DNA of 64,000 nt from the sequence record OR805293.1; one strand, given 5' to 3'. The notes under the pieces are model-generated. The model had not been told where the DNA came from, ran no database searches, and saw only the letters and a list, made by a program, of their open reading frames with translations. Position 1 is the stretch's first letter. Each line of letters starts with the position of its first letter. This document shows, one piece after another, positions 10,314 to 19,224 of this stretch. The position numbers and the translations under genes are program-made.

Positions 10314-10811
10314 TTATTTACTCAGCTGTTTTACTTTCTCTTTATTCTCTTCTGTCCAGAAATTATTCCAGCTACAGAATACCCAACCCTTGTAATCTAT
10401 ACTATTATTTACTTTAATCCCGGTTTTTTCTTCAAATACTACCCATTTGCCTTGCCGCGTTATTTTTATAAAAATAATATTAAAATCACCTTCGCTAGCA
10501 GTATCACGTACCTGTGATATCCATGTATCTAATTGTTTGCACTCCCCCTCGAACAACGAAGTAAATGAAAATTTTGCATACGATTTACATTCAGAATTAA
10601 AATGTTCCCATGTATCTGGAGGGAAAATATCACCTTTATAGGATTTGATTTGATTATTGCCTAGTGATGTTTTTCTGACAGAATTTTGTCCTCCTATAAA
10701 GGCACCTGAATGTGCTGTTCTAGTAAAGGGTTCGTTGTAAAATGAGGTAAGATCTTTTGCTACATCTCGTTCCCAGCTACTACCTTTAATTTTACTTTTC
10801 GATCCAGACAT
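10314..10811 (-). CDS. Holliday junction resolvase-like PD-(D/E)XK nuclease
   Basis: SKIKGSSWERDVAKDL...GDIF...ECKSY pattern of Hjc-like phage resolvases. Confidence 0.8.
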   Translation of the reverse strand: MSGSKSKIKGSSWERDVAKDLTSFYNEPFTRTAHSGAFIGGQNSVRKTSLGNNQIKSYKGDIFPPDTWEHFNSECKSYAKFSFTSLFEGECKQLDTWISQVRDTASEGDFNIIFIKITRQGKWVVFEEKTGIKVNNSIDYKGWVFCSWNNFWTEENKEKVKQLSK

Positions 10812-10885
10812 GTTTTGTTAACCTTTTATATACCTGTTAAATTTTACATTATTTAGTTAATTTTATACCCATATAATACTGTCGA

Positions 10886-10893
10886 GATAAATA
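10886..10893 (+). promoter_or_regulatory. Putative late promoter GATAAATA
   Basis: Octamer points into the ORF-free structured region. Confidence 0.55.
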
Positions 10894-10942
10894 TGTGTGT
10901 AGATAACTTATAGCATTATTTTTAACGATTTTAGTACAATGG

Positions 10943-10971
10943 TTGACAGTATTAATATCGTATGCTATAAT
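10943..10971 (+). promoter_or_regulatory. Consensus sigma70 promoter with extended -10
   Basis: TTGACA-17 nt-TATAAT with TG at -15/-14; no ORF downstream for 1.35 kb. Confidence 0.9.
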
Positions 10972-10977
10972 CCGCAA

Positions 10978-11883
10978 CATAATAAAACTAAAGGGCGTAT
11001 GTAACAAAACAGACGTTCTCCTAAGTGTTTTAAAGTTTTTGCTTAGGAAGACCCAGTTGTATGTTTAAAGGGTGAACGGTAACGGGCATTCTTGTTTAAG
11101 ACTAGTTCTTATGAAGACATTGGCAACTAACATAGCAGCTTTGTTCCATCATTGGATATTGGTAGTAGAAACTATCCCCATCGTGCCTTTACTGTAGTAC
11201 CGTTAGAGACGGAGATAACGCAGGAAAAAAGGTTATTTAAATTATGATTTTGGGTGCTGCAGAACACTTTCGTAAACAAAAGGAATATAGTTTACGTATA
11301 CACAACGGGAACGGGAAAAAGCTTTTTAAGCAAAAACGAGTCCCTGGTAATTGGTGTTTAACGGGAGTGACGTCCCAAATGTTATTCATTGATTAACACT
11401 GTAAGAAGGTTGTAAGGGTTATTGTGTTCGAAGTGGTTTACACAACTGTTCTTCCTACATTTATGTACAGAAGTGTAAACGAAAGGATGTTGCTCTGGTA
11501 GAAAAAGATCAACGTACTTTATGACACTATCCTTGTGACATATGTACTTGTACCAACAACAGCCGCAGGTTACGGATATGGTATTACAAACTGTACTGCG
11601 GTTCCGGGAGTTGAAAGTGGATGTTAGCTTAGGTGGCTGTTTGCTTAATTATAATGTTTAATTTAGGCAATATAAGCGTCGGGTGAGGCTTTCGTAGGTT
11701 GCGTGTTTATGCTACGGTGTAAATGGGCTAGACTACTGGCGCATACATGAGTATTGTAGGATTGGCGCTTTAATAAAGAAATTTGTTAAAGTTTGAGTTT
11801 AGCTCCCCGCTCATTAGCAATAAACGTTGCTAGTCGATAGTATACCCACGCCTAAATAATGCCGTCATTGTTTAGTTTTTTTT
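10978..11883 (+). ncRNA. Candidate large (~900 nt) structured non-coding RNA
   Basis: Promoter and terminator bound an ORF-free, GC-elevated region with many helices, G-U pairs favouring the + strand and a terminal helix 10993-10998/11848-11853. Confidence 0.7.
11855..11883 (+). terminator. Putative terminator of the ncRNA
   Basis: AAATAATG-CCGT-CATTGTTT stem then AG and T8. Confidence 0.5.
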
Positions 11884-11888
11884 AAAAA

Positions 11889-12173
11889 ATATAATTGTCA
11901 ATTATATGTCGTACGCATCTACCCCGAAAAGGGGTAGATGTTTATGACTTTCGTTTACACTCATGTCATAATCAGTACACGCCATTTTAGGCCATTCTAC
12001 ATCAATACACTGCTTCTAGCAGTGTATTGGACATACAAAATAATCTTAAATTATATCAAATTTGTTTAATTACTTTAATTTTGTTACTTTAGTAACTTGT
12101 ATTTTGTTTATATGAGTTGTAGTTTACGAAAACGAATATAAACAAAATACATATGTGAACTGTAGTTCACATA
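11889..12173. repeat. Cluster of perfect inverted repeats
   Basis: Stems 11889-96/11900-07 (8 bp), 11916-25/11931-40 (10), 12003-13/12019-29 (11), 12098-113/12136-151 (16), 12152-60/12165-73 (9). Confidence 0.85.
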
Positions 12174-12285
12174 CTTACTAACGTTGTATATTACGGTAAT
12201 TCTATAAAATATCTCTATATAATTATAAACGTTTTATGGCATACTACGACTGAACGAAATTGAAAATTAACTAGAGATTTAATTA

Positions 12286-12293
12286 GATAAATA
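12286..12293 (+). promoter_or_regulatory. Putative late promoter GATAAATA
   Basis: Octamer 33 nt upstream of ORF 12326. Confidence 0.6.
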
Positions 12294-12325
12294 ATATTGT
12301 AAAAATTGTATAGAGGTATACATCA

Positions 12326-12778
12326 ATGAACGATTACACACATTACACAGAGGAAGATTTCATATTTTTAGCATATGATTTAAATACTCAGCTTATAAAT
12401 GATGGATATCCTGACGCTGCTGTAAAATTTATTACTAATCAGTTTATTTTAGAGCATAGACATCCTGACGAAATAAAACGTTGTATAGGATGTAATTCTA
12501 AAATGTACGAAGATGTTATTGCTACTAAGAGAAATTTATCTGGTAAATCGCATTGCAGACATTGCGAATCGAAACTTAGTATGTATAAGGAAGTTGTTAA
12601 GGAAGTAGCAAATACAACACAAATACTTCGCATACCAGAAAAACATTTAAATTCAGTTAAACGATTAATTAGAATATATAATGAGCAAAACAAAACTAGT
12701 GCATATCAGAGTATATTAGTTAAAACAAAGAAACTTAACACAGGAGTTTCTAAAAAGTCAAAAAGAAAGGGACGTTAA
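12326..12778 (+). CDS. Hypothetical protein with CxxC...CxxC zinc ribbon and basic tail
   Basis: RBS GAGGT; CIGC and CRHC pairs; K/R-rich C-terminus. Confidence 0.75.
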   Translation: MNDYTHYTEEDFIFLAYDLNTQLINDGYPDAAVKFITNQFILEHRHPDEIKRCIGCNSKMYEDVIATKRNLSGKSHCRHCESKLSMYKEVVKEVANTTQILRIPEKHLNSVKRLIRIYNEQNKTSAYQSILVKTKKLNTGVSKKSKRKGR

Positions 12779-12794
12779 TTGTCCCTTTCTTTTT
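12761..12794. terminator. Bidirectional terminator
   Basis: AAAAGAAAGGGAC/GTCCCTTTCTTTT 13-bp stem between convergent genes. Confidence 0.85.
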
Positions 12795-13014
12795 ATAGGA
12801 AGCTTCTACCTGTTTCTGCTTCGATTTTTTGTTTAATAAATTCTCCTAACCGTACCCGCTCTTGATATGATAAAGACCAAGCAGTGTGCCAGTCAAATCC
12901 ATTAATTTTATCACATATTTGGACTATTTCGCCTTCTAATCCCAGTGATTCTTGTTCATATTCTTGTATAACGTTCCTAATATCATCTGGGGTTCCCGAT
13001 ACTAGGATTCTCTG
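12793..13014 (-). CDS. gp51/gpT-like tail-assembly chaperone segment, probably expressed by -1 frameshift from the upstream ORF
   Basis: 73-codon frame QRILVSG...FDWHTAWSLSYQERVRLGEFIKQKIEAETGRSFL* with no ATG/GTG/TTG start; overlaps end of gp26-like ORF in the -1 frame. Confidence 0.75.
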   Translation of the reverse strand, partial: QRILVSGTPDDIRNVIQEYEQESLGLEGEIVQICDKINGFDWHTAWSLSYQERVRLGEFIKQKIEAETGRSFL

Positions 13015-13020
13015 AAAAAA
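12975..13020 (-). promoter_or_regulatory. Programmed -1 ribosomal frameshift signal
   Basis: U UUU UUC heptamer (13020-13014), 6-nt spacer, 10-bp stem UCCUAGUAUC/GAUAUUAGGA (13007-12975). Confidence 0.75.
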
Positions 13021-13856
13021 CTTACTGGGTTAAAATCTACAGGTACTACAAAACTTTTATTACAGTTGTCGCATACTGCATCAAAGTCGCCATTAACTCC
13101 TACTTGATTTATTTCTTTTAAAAGACTATCTATTTTATTAACATCTGCTCTATCTATATTTGCTATAAATTCTTTTATATCAGCCAGTGTCTGAGGAGTA
13201 TTATTAACTATATCTATACCGTTAGTTTCATCTACAATACGAACTATTGTTTTTGCAATTAATTCGAAATTTAATGATGACAGTTCATTTATTGTGTTAG
13301 AAAATGCAGAAAGTTTTTCTTCATCTGAATACATATCGCTTTGCATTATTCTAATAAATTTTGCTTGTTCTAATGCAGTTTTTGCAACTGTCATATTATC
13401 TGAAAAATCATATGGTCTAATAAATATAGATAGACCGTTATCGAGGTTCACGACGTATTGATCTTCTAAATAAGTGGACGTATTAATAACATTTAATAAG
13501 TCTATTCCATATAAATTTTTATGATTACAATGCGGGCACGTAGAAGAAATATCTATTGTGTTACCGTATGATGCTGCTTTTATAGCAACACATATCATAT
13601 GAATGTCATTAATTAAGAGTTTATTTACATCTTTAATTCCCGGTACACAACTCTTAATTACTTCTTTTAAGCCTTCACCGTTCACTAATGCATCAGGATT
13701 TTTTATTAATACTTCATCTTTTCCTGTCATAGCATATACCCCTAGTTCTCCGGAATCGGTGTATTCTACAACATTTGATGGATAAAATGAATTTCCGCTG
13801 GGCAAACGAATATAAGATTTGAATGTTCTGTAATATTGATGTAATTTGTTGCTCAT
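13002..13856 (-). CDS. gp26: Baseplate hub / tail assembly chaperone (T4 gp26-like)
   Basis: IRLPSG..FY, MTGKDEVLIK, STCPHCNH and AVCDNCNK zinc motifs, terminal FF; divergent from tape measure. Confidence 0.75.
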   Translation of the reverse strand: MSNKLHQYYRTFKSYIRLPSGNSFYPSNVVEYTDSGELGVYAMTGKDEVLIKNPDALVNGEGLKEVIKSCVPGIKDVNKLLINDIHMICVAIKAASYGNTIDISSTCPHCNHKNLYGIDLLNVINTSTYLEDQYVVNLDNGLSIFIRPYDFSDNMTVAKTALEQAKFIRIMQSDMYSDEEKLSAFSNTINELSSLNFELIAKTIVRIVDETNGIDIVNNTPQTLADIKEFIANIDRADVNKIDSLLKEINQVGVNGDFDAVCDNCNKSFVVPVDFNPVSFFRES

Positions 13857-13875
13857 AATGTGTATATGCTCTTTT

Positions 13876-13903
13876 GATAAATATGCTATATACCGTATTT
13901 ATC
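13876..13903. promoter_or_regulatory. Face-to-face pair of late promoters
   Basis: GATAAATA on + (13876-83) and on - (13896-903), 12 nt apart. Confidence 0.7.
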
Positions 13904-13925
13904 ATAGCATTTTATAGAGGTTCTT

Positions 13926-16322
13926 GTGGCAGAAGATATTAGAATTGTTGGCGTTGATCCTAGTGTCCCTGGCTGGGCTCGAGAAGAAACTCTTAATAAA
14001 ATAGTATCTGAGTTAAAAAAACTCAATGGATCTAATACAAGAGAAAACGACGAACTAAAAGATGCAGTAGATGAACTAGTTAGGGTAACCCGTAGATCTA
14101 ACGAAGATACATCTAGAACAGATAATAACACTGAAATAAAAGAAGCATTAAATAGATTATCTTCTTCGTTAAAACAACAGAAAAAATCTGATAATTCTTT
14201 ATCTGCAAAGCAAGGGGGAAACAAACCTCCCGTATTGCCGCCTGACAATAAGAAATCTAAATTAGATACAGATACTATAGGCGCATTTATTACTGCCGTC
14301 GGTACTGCTTCAAAGGCAGTAGCAAAATTTACTTTAAGTATGGCATCTTTTGCAGTTGGCGGAAGTATATATGCTGCATTAAAGCAAGCTGCATCGTCGC
14401 AACTTACTTTATCTAGAGATTTATATAAATCAGGTTGGAACTTCGGAACGGTATTAGACGATGCATCTGGTATTATTAAATCTACCAACTTAGACGGTAT
14501 TTCGTATGCCATAAAAGGTTTAGGTATAAATTCATCTGCACTATCTGAAGTATTAAAAGGCAATGAATTAGCAATACAAAAATACGGAATAAAATCGTTT
14601 GTAGATTTGTCTTCTAGCTTAAAAAGACAAGGCAATAGCTTAGGTATGTCTTTAAAAGAAACAGCAGATTATGTAGGAGAATATTTAGAATCTCAACGTT
14701 TAATGGGTACATTTGATAAAATGCGCCAAGTAAACATGACTGCCCTTGCATCTAAAGCACTTAAAGATACCCAAGCATTTGCTACTGCGTTAAGAATGTC
14801 TACAGAAGACCTACAGGCAAAAATGAATGAAAGTTTAAAAGATGTAGACTTTCGTGTAGCAATAGAATCAGTTAACGCAAATTCTAAAGAAGCCGCTGCC
14901 CAAATTTATGCTGCTTTGCCAGAACAATTGCAAACTATGTTTAAGGTAGCTCTTAAAGATACTCCGTCTTTTATGGCATCTAAAGAATACGCTGATTTGA
15001 TAAAATCCGGGCAAGGAGAATTAGCTAGACAAATAATTGCAGTATCATCTGGACTGAAATCTGGTAATATAACTAACGGTCAGGCAGATGATGCAATGAA
15101 ACGACTTATAAAATCTACTAGTTTTGCAGAAAGTACAATGCGTAGACTTGCTATGCTAGATGCTCGTGGACTAATAGATAGTAATGTTGCTGCTGCTGCG
15201 TATGGATTAAAAGACCTTAGAGATAAAATGGATGGTCATTATGAAGGAATCCAAAATACAGAAGCTACAAATTTAGCAAAAGTCGAAGATGTAAGAAATA
15301 GAGCATTAGCTGTATTAGATACGTTTGTATCATCTATAATGAGAGCAGGATTCGAATCTGATGAATTTGCTAAATTATTAGATAATGCAAATGAAATGTT
15401 AAAAACAATTCATAATACAGCAGAAGACTTAGGTAAACAACTAGGTCCGGAATTATTTAAATTTGTTAACAATGCTATGGAATATCTAAATGGTTTATTT
15501 AGTAAAGATGTAGCAGGAAATATAAATGTAAATTATTCTAAAATAATAGGAGATATTTTAACAAGTTCCGGTGCTGCTATAGTAGTTGGCGTTCTTGCTA
15601 TTATGACTACATTTAAAGGTGTTGTTATTTCTTCGTTATCGTCGTGGCTTAAAGGTGCATCAGGACCTATGTCATCATTGGGCGGCACAGTAAAAACTAT
15701 AGCAGGAAGATTAGGGGCATTTGCAGCACTAGCAGTATCGTTTACGAATGGAATAGGTAGATTAAGTCAATCAATTTCGGAAGGCGGCGATGCAATAGAA
15801 TCTGCATTGAATTTTTTATCGGGCGCAGGCGAAGGTATAATAGATCCCGTGTTTAAATCCCTTACATGGGCAGCTAACAAATTAGGTATAGTATCTGATG
15901 AAGCAGCAGATGGATTTAGTAAATACATCAGTGATACTAATTTGCAACAGTTCTTGGGTCTACAAGATATACCTATAAAAGTAGAAACTACTAATAAACC
16001 TGCATATACACCACCTGGACCTACTGCTACTAAAACATCTGCATACGGTAAAATAGAAACTCCGAAAGCTCCTGCTATAATCCCTACAGCTCAGCCAGAT
16101 GTAGCAGACGCAGCAAAACAAAGTCCTACTCCTGTAGATCCTACTAGCAATATAAAGCCTATAGAAAATACAGGAATGAGTTCTCAAGACATGCTAAATA
16201 GAAGTACAGATAAACTTATACGTTTACAAGAAGAACAAATACGACAGTTACAAGAGCTTGTAGATATTCAGCGCAGAGCATTAGCTGCTACTAGAGAAAC
16301 TGGATTTACAAGAACTAGGTAA
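13926..16322 (+). CDS. Tape measure protein-like
   Basis: Long Ala/Gly-rich helical protein with hydrophobic segments, next to tail chaperone gene. Confidence 0.65.
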   Translation: MAEDIRIVGVDPSVPGWAREETLNKIVSELKKLNGSNTRENDELKDAVDELVRVTRRSNEDTSRTDNNTEIKEALNRLSSSLKQQKKSDNSLSAKQGGNKPPVLPPDNKKSKLDTDTIGAFITAVGTASKAVAKFTLSMASFAVGGSIYAALKQAASSQLTLSRDLYKSGWNFGTVLDDASGIIKSTNLDGISYAIKGLGINSSALSEVLKGNELAIQKYGIKSFVDLSSSLKRQGNSLGMSLKETADYVGEYLESQRLMGTFDKMRQVNMTALASKALKDTQAFATALRMSTEDLQAKMNESLKDVDFRVAIESVNANSKEAAAQIYAALPEQLQTMFKVALKDTPSFMASKEYADLIKSGQGELARQIIAVSSGLKSGNITNGQADDAMKRLIKSTSFAESTMRRLAMLDARGLIDSNVAAAAYGLKDLRDKMDGHYEGIQNTEATNLAKVEDVRNRALAVLDTFVSSIMRAGFESDEFAKLLDNANEMLKTIHNTAEDLGKQLGPELFKFVNNAMEYLNGLFSKDVAGNINVNYSKIIGDILTSSGAAIVVGVLAIMTTFKGVVISSLSSWLKGASGPMSSLGGTVKTIAGRLGAFAALAVSFTNGIGRLSQSISEGGDAIESALNFLSGAGEGIIDPVFKSLTWAANKLGIVSDEAADGFSKYISDTNLQQFLGLQDIPIKVETTNKPAYTPPGPTATKTSAYGKIETPKAPAIIPTAQPDVADAAKQSPTPVDPTSNIKPIENTGMSSQDMLNRSTDKLIRLQEEQIRQLQELVDIQRRALAATRETGFTRTR

Positions 16323-16351
16323 TAAACACAATATATATTGAGATAGAGTAC

Positions 16352-18067
16352 ATGTCTAGTTGGAAAAAACATTTTAAGCCTGCATCAAATTCAGCGCTGC
16401 CTATACAAACTAAAAATACATCTGGTTATGCTTCTGCTGTTTCAAAATATAACACATGGCTTCCTGAAGTTTATATGGGTCCGCCTAATAGATTGGAGCG
16501 GTACATTCAATATGAACAAATGGATCTAGATCACGAAGTAAACACTGCATTAGATACTATAGCAGAGTTTTCCACACAACCAGACGGTGTAACCGGGTTG
16601 CCATTAAATATAAAATTTACAGAAGAACCTACTGAAACAGAATTAAAAATTTTAACAAAAAGCTTAAAAAGATGGATACATCTTAATAAGTTTGAAGATA
16701 GGCTTTTCGGTATTTTTAGATCTACAATAATGTATGGAGATCAATTCTTTATAAGAGATCCGGAAACTTACGAATTATATTGGGTAGACCCGCACAAAGT
16801 AGAAAAAATAATTGTTAACGAAAGTAAAGGAAAAGAAATAGAGACCTATTTCATTAAAGATGTCGATTTAAATACTGCAGAGTTAGTAGGATCTAATGTA
16901 ACTAATAAAATACAAATAGGATACGGAAACACAGCATCTGCTTTCCCCCAAGCAACTATGGGAATAAATCCTGCAGGACCATACGCATCTGCAAATAATC
17001 CTAGTCAGAATGGCTCGTTAGCTAACAGCGAAGCTATGCCGATAAATGCAAAGCATATAGTTCATTTTTCTATGACGGAAGGTATGAATTCTGCGTGGCC
17101 ATTTGGTACTAGTGAATTAGAAACTATATTTAAAGTATATAAGCAAAAAGAAATGCTTGAAGATGCAATGCTTATATATAGAATTCATCGCGCACCAGAA
17201 AGACGTGTGTTCATTATTGACACAGGTAACTTACCTCCTAACAAAGCTCAGCAAGTGTTAGAGCGCGTTAAATATGAAGTACAACAAAAAAGGATTCCTA
17301 ATAAAACTGGCGGCGGAAGTAATATTCTAGACTCGTCATATAACCCTCTTTCTACTCTTGAAGATTATTATTTTGCTCAGTCAGCAGACGGCAGAGGATC
17401 GAAAGTAGATGTTTTACCGGGAGGTTCTAATCTAGGCGAAATAGATGATATGCGTTATTTTAATAATAAAATGATGCGTGCGTTAGGAGTTCCTAGTTCG
17501 TATCTGCCTACAGGACCTGATGATGGTACAGCAGGGTATAATGACGGAAGAGTAGGAACTGCATATATACAAGAATTTAGATTTAGTGAAAGATGCAAAA
17601 GACATCAACGTCAAATAGTAAAAACATTAGATAAAGAATTTAAACTATATCTTAAGTTTAGTGGTATTACTATAGACAATAGTATATTCAATATAACATT
17701 TGTAGAGCCACAAAATTTTGCTAAATATCGACAAATAGATATGGATTCTGCTCAAGTTGCAGTTTTCAATGGGATTGCTGATGTCCCCTACATAAGTAAG
17801 CGGTTTGCATTAAAACGTTATTTAGGTTGGGGAGAAGCTGAAATTCTAGAAAACGAAAAGATGTATGCAGAAGAACAGAGTCTTAAAAACAAACGTGGTA
17901 AAAAAGCTGATGCTGGTATGAGGCAAGTGGGTATTTCGCCAGCAGCGCTAGCTGGTGTCGGGGAGTTTGATACTAGTGCAGTTAGTGATAGTTCTGACTT
18001 CGGTGATGACGATATAGTCGATGATATCGATTTAGATCAAACAGTAGAAGACTTTGGGAAAGAATAA
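16352..18067 (+). CDS. gp20: Portal protein
   Basis: EDAMLIYRIHRAPERRVFIIDTGNLPPNKA; EDYYFAQ...RGSKVDVLPGG; IDDMRYFNNK. Confidence 0.97.
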   Translation: MSSWKKHFKPASNSALPIQTKNTSGYASAVSKYNTWLPEVYMGPPNRLERYIQYEQMDLDHEVNTALDTIAEFSTQPDGVTGLPLNIKFTEEPTETELKILTKSLKRWIHLNKFEDRLFGIFRSTIMYGDQFFIRDPETYELYWVDPHKVEKIIVNESKGKEIETYFIKDVDLNTAELVGSNVTNKIQIGYGNTASAFPQATMGINPAGPYASANNPSQNGSLANSEAMPINAKHIVHFSMTEGMNSAWPFGTSELETIFKVYKQKEMLEDAMLIYRIHRAPERRVFIIDTGNLPPNKAQQVLERVKYEVQQKRIPNKTGGGSNILDSSYNPLSTLEDYYFAQSADGRGSKVDVLPGGSNLGEIDDMRYFNNKMMRALGVPSSYLPTGPDDGTAGYNDGRVGTAYIQEFRFSERCKRHQRQIVKTLDKEFKLYLKFSGITIDNSIFNITFVEPQNFAKYRQIDMDSAQVAVFNGIADVPYISKRFALKRYLGWGEAEILENEKMYAEEQSLKNKRGKKADAGMRQVGISPAALAGVGEFDTSAVSDSSDFGDDDIVDDIDLDQTVEDFGKE

Positions 18068-18288
18068 TGAAAATAAACGATATTATAACAGAAGGTTATT
18101 ATAATCCTGCAGACGATTCTAGTGCAATTGCACATAAGTCAGACACACGTAGACCTAGACTAACATTTTCTCATTTAAATAAGCTTAGAAAAATGAGAGA
18201 ATTGCGTAAAGTAGAAACAGAAGAACATTTAGTGTTAGTTAGACAAATGTATAGCCAACCGATACAATCGGACGATGCATTTGGATAA
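18067..18288 (+). CDS. Small prohead-associated protein
   Basis: Coupled to portal; RRPRLTFSHLNKLRKMRE; position of T4 gp67/68. Confidence 0.65.
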   Translation: MKINDIITEGYYNPADDSSAIAHKSDTRRPRLTFSHLNKLRKMRELRKVETEEHLVLVRQMYSQPIQSDDAFG

Positions 18289-18311
18289 AATTTCTAAAAA
18301 TGTTAGTTTTT

Positions 18312-18333
18312 GGGGCATAAATGCCCCTTTTTT
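18312..18333 (+). terminator. Intrinsic terminator
   Basis: GGGGCAT/ATGCCCC followed by T6. Confidence 0.75.
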
Positions 18334-18354
18334 AATATTAAGTGTAAATACCGA

Positions 18355-18362
18355 TATAAATA
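18355..18362 (+). promoter_or_regulatory. Late promoter TATAAATA
   Basis: Exact T4 late consensus upstream of prohead operon. Confidence 0.75.
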
Positions 18363-18393
18363 ATATACAACGTTTTCCTAAAGGAGTAAAAAC

Positions 18394-19206
18394 ATGTCTC
18401 ATCGTAAGGAACTAGAAAAAGTTCTAGATCTTCTACTAAATGAAAATGCAGAACAAGCTTCGGCTTTATTACATCAAATTGTTGTAGCTAAAGCTCGTGA
18501 TATTTACGAACAAGAATCTGCAGATTTTGAAGAAGATTTTGTAAATGAAGAAGTAGGTGGCGACAGCCGCGAATCGTTTATTGACGACATTAAATCTGAC
18601 GAAGAAGAAATTGATGCAGATGAAATGTTTGATGATCAGTCTAGCGAATTAAATTCTGAAGATGAAGAAGAAGCTGATGCTGATCAAGATATAGAAGATA
18701 AAGTAGAAGATCTAGAAGCTCAATTAGCTGCATTAAAAGCAGAATTTGAAACTCTAGTAAGTCAAGAGGAAGATGAACCGTATCATCCTAATTTAGAACA
18801 AGATTTAGATGATGCTGCTGCTGATGCCTTAGAAAAATTTGAAAGTTTAGAAGAAGCAACTAAGTTTAGTGATTCTGTAAACGTAGATATGAAACAAGAA
18901 GGTAAATTAGCAGGAACAGGTAATAAAAGTAAAACTGGTTCTGTAGATAAAGAATCACCTTTTAGTAAACCTACTCAAAAGAAAAATTACGGAGTAGATC
19001 CTGTCAAATTTGCTAAATCTACTAATCAAGGCGCTGAAGCTTCAAAAAAAGCAGACGAATCGTGTGATTTGAATACAGAAGCTACTCCTGAAAAAGTTAG
19101 CGATCCTGCAATGAAACAAGAAGGTAAATTAGCAGGAACAGGTAATAAAAGTAAAACTGGTTCTGTAGATAAAGAATCACCCCTATCTAAAGCACCTAAG
19201 AAGTAA
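18394..19206 (+). CDS. Acidic prohead core/scaffold-like protein
   Basis: Very acidic; RBS AGGAG; directly upstream of prohead protease. Confidence 0.7.
   Translation: MSHRKELEKVLDLLLNENAEQASALLHQIVVAKARDIYEQESADFEEDFVNEEVGGDSRESFIDDIKSDEEEIDADEMFDDQSSELNSEDEEEADADQDIEDKVEDLEAQLAALKAEFETLVSQEEDEPYHPNLEQDLDDAAADALEKFESLEEATKFSDSVNVDMKQEGKLAGTGNKSKTGSVDKESPFSKPTQKKNYGVDPVKFAKSTNQGAEASKKADESCDLNTEATPEKVSDPAMKQEGKLAGTGNKSKTGSVDKESPLSKAPKK
18889..19181 (+). repeat. Perfect 71-bp direct repeat, two copies (18889-18959, 19111-19181)
   Basis: Both encode MKQEGKLAGTGNKSKTGSVDKES(P) with identical codons. Confidence 0.9.
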
Positions 19207-19224
19207 TTTAGGATAAGTATAAGT

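Noticed and set aside
11725-11840. GACTA/TAGTC pairing resembling group I intron P7
   Set aside because: No interrupted exon ORF flanks the region, the wider R/S consensus and P9/omega-G are not evident, and the unit has its own promoter and terminator
13886-14635. Long antisense ORFs (e.g. 13886-14635, 27203-27634, 51774-52337, 54345-54746)
   Set aside because: They shadow well-supported genes on the opposite strand, with no RBS or recognisable motifs
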